A stretch of DNA of 64,000 nt from Neoconidiobolus thromboides FSU 785. Its lineage: Eukaryota > Fungi > Entomophthoromycota. Numbering within the stretch: the stretch's first letter is position 1; each line of letters starts with the position of its first letter. Under the pieces are notes generated by a model that did not search any database, was not told the origin of the DNA, and saw nothing but the letters and a program-made list of their open reading frames with translations. This document shows, piece by piece, positions 25,156 through 38,039 of the stretch. Both the position numbers and the translations under genes were made by a program. The stretch is taken from assembly GCA_025603075.1 (NCBI GenBank), contig MU626269.1:145838-209837 (forward strand), given 5' to 3'.

Positions 25156-26437
25156 TTATAAATTTTCCCAAAATTTTAATATTCCTTTAGAATACATTTG
25201 AAATAATGGAATACTATCATGTGTGGCATTTTTAACTTTAATAAATGCTAATTTTCTATCTTTTAATCTAAAATATTCTCCAACTGCTTCTTCTTTTTCA
25301 AATTTCCAATCTACTTTTTTAATATCTTTACTCTCATTAACTAACACTTCATCTTTCAATTGAATTCCATGCTTTACTGGAATTAAATCATCTTTTTCTC
25401 CATGAAGAATTAATGTAGGTGACTTGATAGATTTAATAATCTTTTTCGTATCAAAAGGATGATTGATTAAAGGGCTAACCTTGTTTTTTAACCATGGACT
25501 AAACATAACTGGATATAATAAAGGCACTACTCGAAATAATTTATATTCATACATAGCATCTGGAATGGAAGTATATGGAGCGGATAATACCAAAGATTTT
25601 GGTGATATACTCTTATCATTTAGATATTTAGTTAACTTACTAGCTACTCCAGTACCCAATGAATGACCCATAATAGTAATTTGAGATTGTTTGACTCCTT
25701 TTTTAATGAGAAATTTCCATAGCGATAGACTATCCATAAAAAGACCCACTTCACTTGGTTTTCCTTCGGAATCGCCAAATCCACGATAGTCAAGGACAAG
25801 GACTTGGGTATGAAGGTTCAATGAGAGGTCAATATAGCTTGGATAACGTACTGAAGAAGCGCGGTTACCAGCATTACCATGAAGGAAGAGGATGATGGGT
25901 AAATTTTCGTCAAGTAAACTAGTTTCAAAGAATTTTTGTTGATTGATATCTTCATCATTAATAGTATTATTTAATTTTAGTAATAAATTAGTTTTAACTG
26001 ATTTTGGTATGAAATGATAAACACCTTAATATTGTTAAAGAAAATGGAATTAAAAAATAAATTAAATAAACTAATTTGCTTTTAAATTTACCTAATTTAT
26101 AACCTTCACTTTGTATATAAAAATTAAAAACTTCTAAATCTTTGTGAATGGTAAAATTTGTTGGGTCCGATAATAATGATTTGGCCGGAAAATTTAACCA
26201 GTTGAGGTAGACTAGACCACCTTGGAAAGGTTCAAAGATTAAGATAACTAATAAACCCTAAGAAACAGAATTCTAAAATATAATTATTATAACTTAGGAG
26301 TAATATTTACGACATAAAGTAATAATGCTATTAAAATATGTTTTAAGGTATTGAAAAACATAATTGAGAGATAAATTAAATAGATTCTAATTGATATCTT
26401 TAATCCCTTTTTTTTGAAGTGAGGTAAATTTCATCAT
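25156..26437 (-). CDS. Alpha/beta-hydrolase, ABHD12-like, with N-terminal membrane anchor (3 exons)
   Basis: Exon 1 MMKFTSLQKKG...LLLYV; LVYLNWLNFP; LFLHGNAGNR; DYRGFGDSEGKPSEVG; nucleophile motif GHSLG; LILHGEKDDLIP; catalytic His in ATHD. Confidence 0.9.
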
Positions 26438-26847
26438 CTAGAATTTAATTTGTTCCATTCTTTTAAAAAAATTTAAAGCTTGATACTGGATGATACTATA
26501 GCTCCTTTAAGAAAATTGATGTTATGATTTGTCAAAATACAACAAATAAGCATAGAAAGATTAGTTCAAATAATGAATTCTAAAAATTACTATTAGAAAG
26601 TTGAAACAGCTATAGTTAAAATAAATTTAATATTGCAAATCCATTTTATAGAATTCACTTTGTTTTCAGTACTATTTTTAAATATTAAACAAATAATAGT
26701 AATAAAAATTTAATATCCATAATATGAAACCTTATTGATTTCATAACTTGCATTCTATTAAACTTTTATTCTTTTCAAAAACTCTATCTAACAATCTCTT
26801 TATAATATCATAAGCTACATCTATTTCCAATTCCGAGAACTCAATAT

Positions 26848-26911
26848 AAAAAAAAAGTCCTCCGAAGAGGGTGTCCACTCAAGATTTACGTGTCATCCTT
26901 GTGCAGGGGCC

Positions 26912-26942
<31 letters not shown>

Positions 26943-26973
26943 GTCAAGTGTCCCTAAGGTTGCCCCTAGGGAC
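26848..26973 (-). ncRNA. SNR6: U6 spliceosomal snRNA, copy 2 (identical to copy 1 over 117 nt before the T-tract)
   Basis: Exact reverse complement of 16554-16670; T9 terminator. Confidence 0.98.
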
Positions 26974-28327
26974 AAATACTATGTTTTTACTTTTTTTTAG
27001 AGAGGAAAGTTTTTAATAAATTTAAACCTTGTGGGTTTTAAATAAGTACAAATATAGTTGAAAAACAAGAACAATTGGTGAATCTCAGGATTTAAATATT
27101 TGATTGGTTATAAACCTTGGATATTTATTGTATCAATACTATTAATGCTATCTAGTTTATTTAGCAAATCAAAAGGTAATACTTGAATATAAGAGAAAAG
27201 AATGTAGTAATATGATTATTAAATGTAACATAATGATTTTATTTATTTTGGTTCGGTTTTTAAGATTTATTTTCTGATGAAATTAAAGTACTAAAACCGA
27301 TAATAAGTGTTTTTTATATTATAATACAGCATTTAAATATTGGTTAAATTAGTAAATTTAGACTACAGCTACTTATTGAAAATAAATTAATAGCTTCATA
27401 ATTGTAACTAATATTATGACATAATTTATTATTATTAAAGCTAAAATATAAGATAAAATTATTGATATAGGGATTTCAATTACTTGTTTCAATAATAGTT
27501 TTAACTATTTTTTGATATATTTAAATAAAGCGATTTAACTTATAACTAAAATAATAATGGCATTTATAATGGTTTATTTTTTAATAAGTATGAAGTAAAA
27601 TATCGAAGAAAGGACATTAAACCAGTAAGTCAAAAGTTATCTTTAAGCTAAGAAAGATTATATGATGTAACTTAAATACTATACATAAATGATTGTCCAA
27701 TATAGATTTCAAAAGTAAAAGAAAAAGTAGTTTCACTATTAGAAGAAAGCTTAATAAAGCCTAAAGTAGAAGATTAAATTCGAAATTGGCCTAATTGTAT
27801 TACAAATTTACAGAAAATAGTTAGAGATATAAAACGTCTTCGCTTCTATTATATAAACATTTGAGTTATTTAACAAAAATTACCTAAATGAAAGCTTCTT
27901 TAAAATAGAGTGAGATGACGTTATCAAAGTGTATTTCTTTAACTTGAAACATTTTAAATATCGATTAAGCTTATTAAAACACTTTTAGTGGGGAATTCTA
28001 TGTTAAAGTTTCAAGATTTTACCAAATTTTATTAAAATTGCCCTAAGATGGGTTTAGCATTAAAAGATAAATAGTGCATTATGAATTATTACACTATATT
28101 GAGATAGTCAACCAAGGTTGACACGTAATGATTAAAATCTTTATTTTTCAATATTAAACCATTTTAATATTATTATAAACTGGTAAATATTTTCATGATC
28201 TAATTTTTGGTTAACTATTTTATTGAAGCTAGTGTAAATATGACATAAAGTCTACAATTTAAAATAAGGAAAAAAGTATATAAGAACAAGAAATGTGAAA
28301 TGAATTTGAAATAAAAAATAAATAAAA

Positions 28328-28924
28328 ATGGAATCTACTCACACTAAAGCCAACCTTGATACTAAAACTGAATTCAAAGAGCAACTAGATGGGTTCTATG
28401 AGCTTATAGATAAACAAAAATGCGTCATGCTTACCACTAAAAACCCAGATGGTAGTCTAATTTCTCGTCCAATGCATATCTCTTCTAGAGTAAATGGTGT
28501 TGACTTTTACTTGTTTGCTAACAAAGAATCCCAGAAGGTTGAGGATATTCAAAACTATCCAGAAGTAAACTTAAGTTTCTATAGAGACAGCGATTATTCT
28601 TGGGTAAGTGTATCTGGTAAAGCATCCTTAGTCACAGATGAGAGTAAAATTAAGGAATTATACAGTCCAATGCTTAAAGCTTGGTTCGAGGACCTTGGAG
28701 ATGGAATCCATACTGGCGGCCCAGAAGATCCACGTGTTATCTTATTACAAATTGAGACTAAAGATATTATCTACCAGGTTCAAAAAAATGTTATCAGTCG
28801 TACAGGCCAAATGTTAAAAGGAATGGTCACTGGCGATAAAGCTGATATGGGCTCAATCCGACTTATTGGTGGTGAACAACTCGAAGCTGCTCGTAAGCTT
28901 GAGACTTCCCACCAAAATGCCTAA
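28328..28924 (+). CDS. Pyridoxamine-5'-phosphate-oxidase-like split-barrel protein (general stress protein 26 / Neurospora bli-3-like)
   Basis: CVMLTT..DGSLISRPM, QNYPEVNLSF, WVSVSGKA, LYSPMLKAWF.DLGDG.H.GGPEDPRV; intronless. Confidence 0.85.
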   Translation: MESTHTKANLDTKTEFKEQLDGFYELIDKQKCVMLTTKNPDGSLISRPMHISSRVNGVDFYLFANKESQKVEDIQNYPEVNLSFYRDSDYSWVSVSGKASLVTDESKIKELYSPMLKAWFEDLGDGIHTGGPEDPRVILLQIETKDIIYQVQKNVISRTGQMLKGMVTGDKADMGSIRLIGGEQLEAARKLETSHQNA

Positions 28925-29671
28925 TTATAAACCATATTGTAAATAAAACTATGTCTTAAGCTAAGTATTGCTATTTTTAAGCTTTATTAAAATTGAAATT
29001 AAAATTAAAACTATAAACGCATTTTTATAAGTATACAAATGTGATATAATATAAATTTTTTTATTAACATCAATATATAATGGTAAAAACTTGTTATTTT
29101 TACTTTCTAATAAAACTCTTGCGTAATTAATAACTATTTTGATTCATTTATTAGTATTCAAGTATACAATCCATAAAAGATGATACAATATTTAATAGCA
29201 TATTTCACTTGATTAACAAATATGAATGTGATGTTACTTTTTATACTATAATATTCATTAACTTTATTATTGGTTTTTGCTTATTAATTCTAATAATCTA
29301 AGGAATCTATTGATTTAAAACTTATTAGAGCTTATAAAATTGTTAAACTCCAAATTGATAATTTCTTGGAAAATTTCTTCGGCTACTATCTATTTATTTA
29401 GCCCTTTTAAAACCTAATTCTTAAGCTTTAGCGAAGCTTGTACTTAAATCTGATTCTTAAATGAACAATTATTTAATAAACAATTGAGCTTTAACAGCCG
29501 CAAAAATGCACTTTGAGCTGAATAGTAAAAAGCTTAGCTTGATTGGTCCATCAAATTTTTCAAGGATTAGAAGTTAAACTCAAGTAGTAAGGTAACAGGG
29601 TCTTTTATTAGAAAGCAAGATTGTATTCATAATACCAAATTCTCAGAAAAAGATAGAAAAAGAGAGAGAGA

Positions 29672-32600
29672 ATGGATCCATTTCAAGAACTCAATAGCCA
29701 AGATGCGGATTTCAGCTATCTTGAATACAATTATAAAGACGATTATTCTCAAAATGAGAATATAGATTTTACTTCGAACTTTAATGAGTTTGATGCTAGA
29801 TTTAAGGAGTTATCCATTCAAGACAAGTCAAACAGTCAAGAAGATTATAATGTTAACTTAGATGAAGATGAAGACGTCGTAAATTATGACCAGTTAGAAG
29901 AAAAAGAACTTCCAGACCATGCTTGCAAGTAAACTTACTTATATTATTTTTTGCTCTTTATTTATTATATTAGATATTGTTTGATACATAATACTTCTTC
30001 AGTAGTAAAGTGCCTGACATGCCAAAAATGGTTTTGCAACTCTAGAGGAAATACGTCAGGTTCACATATTGTTACTCACTTGGTTCGTTCTAAGCATAAA
30101 GAGGTTTCACTTCATTATGATTCACCACTTGGTGATACCGTATTGGAATGCTATCAGTGTGGATGTAAAAATGTATTCCTTTTGGGTTTCATTCCAGCAA
30201 AATCAGATACCGTTGTTGTTTTGTTATGCAGGTAAGCCTTTTTTTAACAGCTCCTAGATTTTGTTTTATTTTTATAGACAACCTTGTGCTTCTATTCCTT
30301 CAACTAAGGATATGAATTGGGATACCTCATTATGGCAGCCTTTAATTGATGATCGTTCTTTTTTAAATTGGATTGTTAAAGTACCTTCAGAACCTGAGCA
30401 ATTACGTGCTAGACAGATAACAACAAAGCAAATAATTAAATTGGAAGATATTTGGAAGGATAATAATTCAGCTTCCCTTGAAGATTTAGAAAAACCAGGA
30501 ATTGATGAAGAACCACAACAAGTTTTATTAAAGTAAACAAAAATTTTACTAATTTATTATTAATATTTAATCATTTATTTAGATACGAAGACGCTTATCA
30601 ATATCAAAACATTTTCGGACCTTTAGTTAAGATGGAAGCTGATTTTGATAAAAAACTTAAGGAATCTCAAACTCAAGATAGTATTTCTATACGTTGGGAT
30701 ATTGGTTTAAATCAAAAGAAAGTAGCCTATTTCATTTTTTCAAGATTCGAACAAGGTGATTGTAGGATAGCTGTTGGCGATGAATTACGTATCAAATACA
30801 AAGGTGAACTTAGAGCTCCTTGGGAAGGCATCGGTCATGTGATTAAATTACCAAATAATGTTAGTGATGAAATCGGTTTGGAATTAAAGAAGACGGAAGG
30901 GGTTCCAATGGAATGTACATTAAACTTTTCAATTGAGTTTGTATGGAAGAGTACCAGTTTTGATCGTATGCAAACAGCAATGAAGACATTTGCTTTAGAT
31001 GAGACATCAGTAAGTAACTATATCTATCATAAGCTTTTAGGCCATGATCTTGAATCTCAAACTATCCGTACACAAATTCCAAAGAAATTTCAAGCTAAAA
31101 ATTTACCAGAGCTTAATCATTCACAAATTAATGCTGTTAAATGCGTCCTCCAAAAACCATTAAGTTTAATCCAAGGTCCTCCAGGTACTGGTAAAACAGT
31201 TACTTCAGCTACTATTGTTTACCATTTAGCAAAGTTAAGTAATGAGCAGATTTTAGTATGTGCACCTAGTAACGTAGCGGTTGATCAACTTGCCGAAAAA
31301 ATCCATAAAACTGGATTAAAAGTAGTGAGAGTTTGTGCAAAATCAAGAGAAGAATTATATTCCCCAATCAGTTTCCTTACTCTTCATGAGCAGGTTAATA
31401 ACTGTGCTACACTCCCAGAGCTCCAAAAGCTTATTTTGCTTAAAGCTGAGCAAGGTGAACTTAGTTCTAGTGATGAAAGAAAATATCGTGCTTTAAGAAA
31501 ATCAGTTGAGCAACAAATCCTTAGGAATTGTGATGTTATTTTAGCTACTTGTGTTGGTGCTGGTGATCCTCGTTTATCAAAGATGAGATTCCGTACTGTT
31601 TTAATTGATGAAGCAACCCAAGCTACTGAACCAGAATGCCTTATACCTTTAGTTTTAGGTTCAAAACAAGTGATCTTAGTAGGTGATCATCAGCAACTTG
31701 GGCCAGTAATTATGAGTAAAAAAGCAGCAAGGGCAGGTTTAAATCAATCTCTTTTTGAAAGACTTATCACCTTAAATGTACGCCCTATCCGTCTTCAAGT
31801 CCAATATCGTATGCATCCTAATCTATCAGAGTTTCCAAGTAACATGTTTTATGAAGGTACGCTTCAAAATGGTATTACTGCACATGATCGACTCCGTCGT
31901 AACCTTGATTTCCCATGGCCAGATCCAGCTTGTCCGATGATGTTTTACTCTAATCTTGGATTAGAAGAAATATCTTCTTCAGGAACTTCATTTTTAAATC
32001 GAACTGAAGCAGCAAATTGTGAAAAATTAGTTACAAGGCTTTTAAAATGTGGTATTTTACCAGATCAAATTGGTATTATTACTCCATATGAAGGACAACG
32101 TTCATATATTTCTAGTTATATGCAATTTAATGGAAGCTTGAGAAAGGAACTTTATAAAGAAATTGAGCTTGAAAGTGTTGATGCTTTTCAAGGTCGTGAA
32201 AAAGACTATATTATTGTAAGTTGTGTCCGTTCCAATCAACATCAAGGCATCGGTTTCTTAAGTGATCCAAGACGTCTCAATGTTGCCATTACTAGAGCTA
32301 AATATGGGTTAATATTATTGGGTAATCCAAAGGTTTTAAGTAGACATCCACTCTGGCATCATCTGCTTACCCATTTTAAGGATAGACGTGTTTTAGTAGA
32401 AGGTCCATTAAATAATCTTAAGGTTAGTATGATGCAATTTTCTCGCCCACGTAGAATTTATAATAAAGCTCGCAATGGTGTAGCTTCAAATGTACCTCAA
32501 GGAGCAGAGGCTGCTCGTCCTAATGTAACCCCACTTAATCATACTAATGGAAATGCAAGTCAACTTTCCTCTTTAAGTTTGACTTCCCAAGATTATGCTT

Positions 32601-32896
32601 ATTTCAAAGGATCGCGTAATGATATTGGTAATTTATGGGGAACGAGCACACAAGATTCGAGCTTTGCACATGGATTGTTTAATTCACAAACTAGTTCAAT
32701 TGCACCAATCTCATTGAACCAATCAGATCGTTTACAACATATTGATGATCCAACACAATCATCCACCTTCCTTACACAAGAACTTGAATCACAATCGTTT
32801 TTAAATGATTACCGTAATCAAGGTATGTCATTGTTATCCCAAACCTCTCAGTTTACGATGGATGAACTCAATTCTCAAGGATTTACTCAGTTTTAA
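29672..32896 (+). CDS. UPF1: NMD RNA helicase Upf1; exons 29672-29928, 29974-30231, 30278-30532, 30583-32896
   Basis: CH-rich zinc domain (HACKYC...[19 protein letters not shown]), [48 protein letters not shown]. Confidence 0.98.
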
Positions 32897-34523
32897 TTTT
32901 TTTTACATGGATTAGGGTTGGTATGGAAAAAGTAGAAATTCATCTTAAAATTAGAAGGACAATTTTGAAGTTTATTTAAGCTATTGGATAAACTTTAAGA
33001 TGTAGCTAATTATAAAAGAGAAAATGCTATTATGAGAATCATTTATTATTATGTCGAAATTAATAGTGAATTCTATTTCCGCTAACTTTTATAACTAAAT
33101 CTAATAATTAGATTTGTAGCCAAAAAATAAATTTTTTAGTGTGATACTTTAAGTTTTCTATTTTCTAAATTACAGAATAATACTTCTAGTAATTCTATTT
33201 CGAACAATCCTATTTTTCTTTTAAAGAATATATTAGGTTAGTGAAATATTCATTGAAGTTTGATTTTATATTTATGACTGAAGATTTCTATATTCGTATT
33301 TATCATAAATGATTTTATTTATCCTAATCATATTGAGTTAGTAAAATACTTATTGAATCAAGATTTTATTTTCTAACTAAACAGCTTTATCTTCTAAATA
33401 TTTGAATTTATACGATGTTTTCGATTGTTTCAAATAAGGGAGAATGAAAAAAAATTATTATTTCAAATTGAGTTAATGAATAATACAAGTTTTAAACATT
33501 ATTCTAGTTACTTTAAAAAGGGATAGTATTTTGGATAAAAAAAAGGATAGTAATAGGCACCTTGTAATTACTTTAAAGCTTAGTCCTTTTTTTTAAAAAA
33601 GGATGAAGACGAATTATCATATTGTTGTCATTTTATAAAAGACGCGTGTTTTAAATAAATATAAATATTGTTTTAGAATATAGTGTACACAAAAGTTAGC
33701 TTAGTTAAACTGAATTAAATAAAATAATGAAGGGATGAAAAAAGGCAAAGTAAGCTTAAGAAATTTAAAGAAAGTCTCCAAGCAAAAATAAAAAATGCAA
33801 AAAATGGCAAAACTAGATACAAAAAAGGGGTGAAAATTCAAATAAAATAAAATTAAATAAGAAATTAAATACTCAATGTTCTAATTAATTAATTCATTCA
33901 TTCACATTCAATAAAAATTGTTGTATTCATTAAAATTTAACTTTTTACATTATTTAATTTTATTGTAGTTAAGCAAAGAAGTTAAAGCTTTCAAGTTTAA
34001 ATAGAAAAACTTGTTAATTTGATGAAATAATTTCTTTACCCCACCTTCATAATCTTGGAGAAAAAAAAACTAAAATTTTAAGGTGGGTATTATTGTTACG
34101 GATGATTTAAATTTTAAATAAAAAACTTAAATTAAGGACTTTGATTGGCTATTAAAATAGTTGACTTGTTATTGTTATTATTTAATATGCCACCCAACAA
34201 AGTCATGGTAAAATAACCTAATGATTTATAAAATGAGATATAACCGAATTTAACTCCATTAAAAAGGTTAGCTTTCATCTAGAACTTGAATGATTTTTAA
34301 CTGGTTTATTTATGACTTACCTTGCCTAATATAGCATAAACGATTACCCCTTGTCACTAGCTTTAATTTTAATTCAATAGTTAATCCAACTTTATTTCTT
34401 TATCATTTTCAATTTTTAATTCTTCTTTCTTTTATTTATTTCTATCTATCACATTTTCCTCCATCTCAATTACTCATTATCATAATTGTATAGTTTTATT
34501 TTATGTATATATTGTCTGTTTAA

Positions 34524-35864
34524 ATGAGCCATCAAGTTAAAAATAGTATTAATGAACTTATACCACCTTATATTAATAGCAGTATACTTAAGAGTATCTT
34601 AAATAAACTCAATTTGAATAAAGAAATAAAGACTAATAATAACATCTTGTCCTTAATTAATCGGTTCCTTGATGAGTTCCTTTTATTAATAATCAATCAC
34701 CAATTTTCTATTGAGATTAAGTTCGATCATGAATATATCAAATTATCGCTAGAAACAATATTTAAAGAAGATACTCTAATTGATAATGCTATTGAATACG
34801 CAGGTTATGGTATTAACTTGAACCATTATCAAGATAATCTATTTTCAAATCATACCAACTATTTTATCAATTTAAATAATAATGTAAAGAAATCCATCGA
34901 TGAACGTAGAGTGTTGATAGCTGATAAACTTAATAACCATGGTTTAGGCCTAGAAAGTACTTCCAATACTAATTTATTTAATAAATTATTTAAAGGCTTT
35001 AACAAGTCAAAATTAGATGGAGATGTAAATAGTAGTAACAATGATAGTACTAGGAATTCGTCTTGTAGTAATAATAGTAATAAAGTGAGTACCATGAGTA
35101 CCATGAGTACCAATAATGCAGGCATTTATAGCCCAAAGACACTTTATGAAGGATTGAGAAACATGTGTTTAAACCATGGTGCATTACAAAGGAAGTCCCT
35201 TGATAGTAAATGGAAAGTTACTAAATTGAATCAACAATTGATCAATATATCTACTGCCATCTATACCTCAAGAATATTAGAGCATATAACTCATTTTATC
35301 ATTTTAAATAGTATTCAACAATTGAATTTAATGAAGCAAAGCCATGAACTGATGAAAATTCAATTTGATTTAAATAAATCTTTAAGCTATGAAATCAATT
35401 ATGAGTTAATAATTCATACCTTTTATCAAGAAGAATCTTTACTCAAATTGTTCAACAAGTTAAATATGAAGCATAAGTTACAAAAACAGCATAATACCAC
35501 GACTGCAACTCCAACTAATAACAACAGTAATACTAGCAATTTGAACTTAAAAAACAAAACCATTATAAACAAACTGAATAATTTTACCACTTCTTCTCCC
35601 CTATTAAACTTTAACAACAGTAGTAGTTGCAACTTATCCGAATACAATACAACTAAGAGAGCATCAAACCCACAAACTCAAGATAAAGAAAGGTACAGCA
35701 TAGAACCCATAACTAGCGATATTAACTTGAACTTCAACTCATCCAATTCTACTCTGAAAAGCATACCGTTTGAAACCGAGTTATTTGATGAAATCTTACG
35801 ATCTGATGAAACTTTTAAACTTTCTTTAACCCCTTCAAAGCTAAAATTTAATTCTTTTTCTTAA
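34524..35864 (+). CDS. Uncharacterised 446-aa protein with putative tandem histone-fold (H2B-like + H2A-like) segments
   Basis: Long intronless ORF; helical segments resemble histone folds by eye (see findings). Confidence 0.7.
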   Translation: MSHQVKNSINELIPPYINSSILKSILNKLNLNKEIKTNNNILSLINRFLDEFLLLIINHQFSIEIKFDHEYIKLSLETIFKEDTLIDNAIEYAGYGINLNHYQDNLFSNHTNYFINLNNNVKKSIDERRVLIADKLNNHGLGLESTSNTNLFNKLFKGFNKSKLDGDVNSSNNDSTRNSSCSNNSNKVSTMSTMSTNNAGIYSPKTLYEGLRNMCLNHGALQRKSLDSKWKVTKLNQQLINISTAIYTSRILEHITHFIILNSIQQLNLMKQSHELMKIQFDLNKSLSYEINYELIIHTFYQEESLLKLFNKLNMKHKLQKQHNTTTATPTNNNSNTSNLNLKNKTIINKLNNFTTSSPLLNFNNSSSCNLSEYNTTKRASNPQTQDKERYSIEPITSDINLNFNSSNSTLKSIPFETELFDEILRSDETFKLSLTPSKLKFNSFS

Positions 35865-36344
35865 TTCCACATATAGACTCTCTTTTTTCATTTTTACTTC
35901 ACATCTAGTTGGAGTGGGTGATTATTGTAGCATTTTCATTTTTTATATATACGATTCGATATCTAGCTTTTTATATATACTATTTTAATTAAATTTTTCT
36001 CTTTAAAAATTATTGGCGTTTTTTAATTTTATTAATTTGTGAGTTTCTTATTTTATTGTATTCATTCAAGGAATATAAAAATAAATTAGAATCTATTATA
36101 GCTCAAATTAAATCTATCAACGTTAATAAATAGACTATTTATGATTATCAATTTTTCTTAATATTTCAAATAAATATAAGATTGAAAAGCATCTCATGTT
36201 AAGAATTGCGATATCTATGACTTCATCATTTTTGAAAATAAACAAAACTGAACTTTGTTTTCTATTTTTCTTATGTTTCCCGTATTTTCAAAAAACTTAA
36301 TACAGTTTGGGTACTATAAAAAAATGAATAATATATTTGTTCAA

Positions 36345-36448
36345 TATATAGGAACGTTTTTGACTTCATTATTTTTTCCATTTTTAAGCGCTATTTGAAT
36401 GGAAAAATTATTAGTGAAATTCTTAAAAACAAAAATACATCCCCATAT
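36345..36448 (-). mobile_element. MITE family A copy 6
   Basis: ATATAGGAACGTTTTTG...TAAGCGCTATTTG...ACATCCCCATAT. Confidence 0.88.
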
Positions 36449-37253
36449 GGTCTTTGGGTTTACATAAAGATAATAAAACATTAATTGATGTATTACAATT
36501 AAATTAAATTAAATTAAACGATGTTGCTAGCTGGAGCGTTTCACTTTGTGATATGGCTTTTATATTTATAAAGGACTAACAAAAATAAGTTATTTGTACT
36601 TATATTTTTATTAATTTATGATAAGACATTTCTATAACAATTATTAACAAGCTTATAGCTAATATTGATATTTTAAAACATCGTAGTTATATCAATGATT
36701 ACATGTTACAAATATTTTTCAATACATCTTATATAACATCTCCTAACTTCATAATACAAATAAATATTTCTGCAATATAGTTTATTTTATAAAACATTTT
36801 AAACCAGCTAATAAAGAGGAGGTATAAAAGCATGCCTCACTTTTATAAATCAACATAGCTGATATTAAAGAAAATTAGCTTTCAACCACTGTAAGTGAAA
36901 CAAGAACAGTTTTATTAAAGCAAAAAACTACAATGGTATTTATTATAGTAAAATTGACTTATTTAGAAATATTTAACTTTTTTTAGACTTTCATTTATGA
37001 AACTATAGCTTATATTTAAAATTTGTAATAAATTGATCCAAGCCAGGGGATATACAAAATATAAAATTGTCAAAAGTCATAAAAGTAAATAAACTTTATA
37101 TTCATTGAACCATTAACTTTTTTCAACGGTATAGTTAAATATCAAATCGGGTTCTACTTATCGTTACCCTTAAAAAAGTTTAAATTATAATTATTGAACT
37201 AAATTTAAATTATTTTTTCCGAAAGTTTATATAAAATACGATTTTAAATTTAA

Positions 37254-37361
37254 TATATGGGGATGCTTTTTTTGGCTTCATCACTTTTTCTATTTTTTAA
37301 GCGCTATTTGAGTGGAAAAATTATTAATAAAATTCTTAAACACAAAAATACATCCCCATAT
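37254..37361 (-). mobile_element. MITE family A copy 7
   Basis: ATATGGGGATGCTTTT...ACATCCCCATAT. Confidence 0.9.
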
Positions 37362-38039
37362 GGCCTTCTTAAAATGGGTTGTATATAAAATGTATTAAAT
37401 GTTATAAAGTAATATGATAATAAAATAATTTATCTATAATTCCCTTATTTATTTATTTTATTTCCATGTTCCTTTTTTACTGTTCTATTAATTTTGGAAA
37501 AAGCTCGAAATTTAATATCCTGATATAAATAAACCTTGGAATATCAAATCAATACATCTTTTTATTCTCTAATAGGTAGATTTCCACTCTTTTCTTTTCT
37601 TTTCAATATTTCAAGTTAGAGTTTAATATATTAATTTTTTTTACATCATATCTCTTGATTTTCATTGTATATTAGTTTTGCTAACAAATTCATTATTTTT
37701 AATTGGGTCGATCAATTTACTAAAGTCATACATAATAATATCTCTTACTTATAATAGAATCTACCATTTTTAATATCTCAAACATTTATTTAAAATTATA
37801 TCAGCTTGTTTTATGAGTTTTGTAAAAACATGTAACTAAAGAATAGCAATATACTTACAATCACCATTAATATAAATTAATTAATGTGGAATTGCGTCTT
37901 TCTAAATAAAGCAGCCTATCACTTGACACAATCGAAGTAAGATATCAGCTACTAAATATAGAATGGTTTAAGTAAAAGTATAAATAAACAAAGATTATTA
38001 CCATTTTGATCTCTTTGGCTTTTCCTCCTTTTATAAACA

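Noticed and set aside
28328-28924. Horizontal transfer of the GSP26/bli-3-like gene from bacteria
   Set aside because: Being intronless is not evidence (several native genes here are too), and bli-3 homologues are known in fungi. A phylogeny would be needed.
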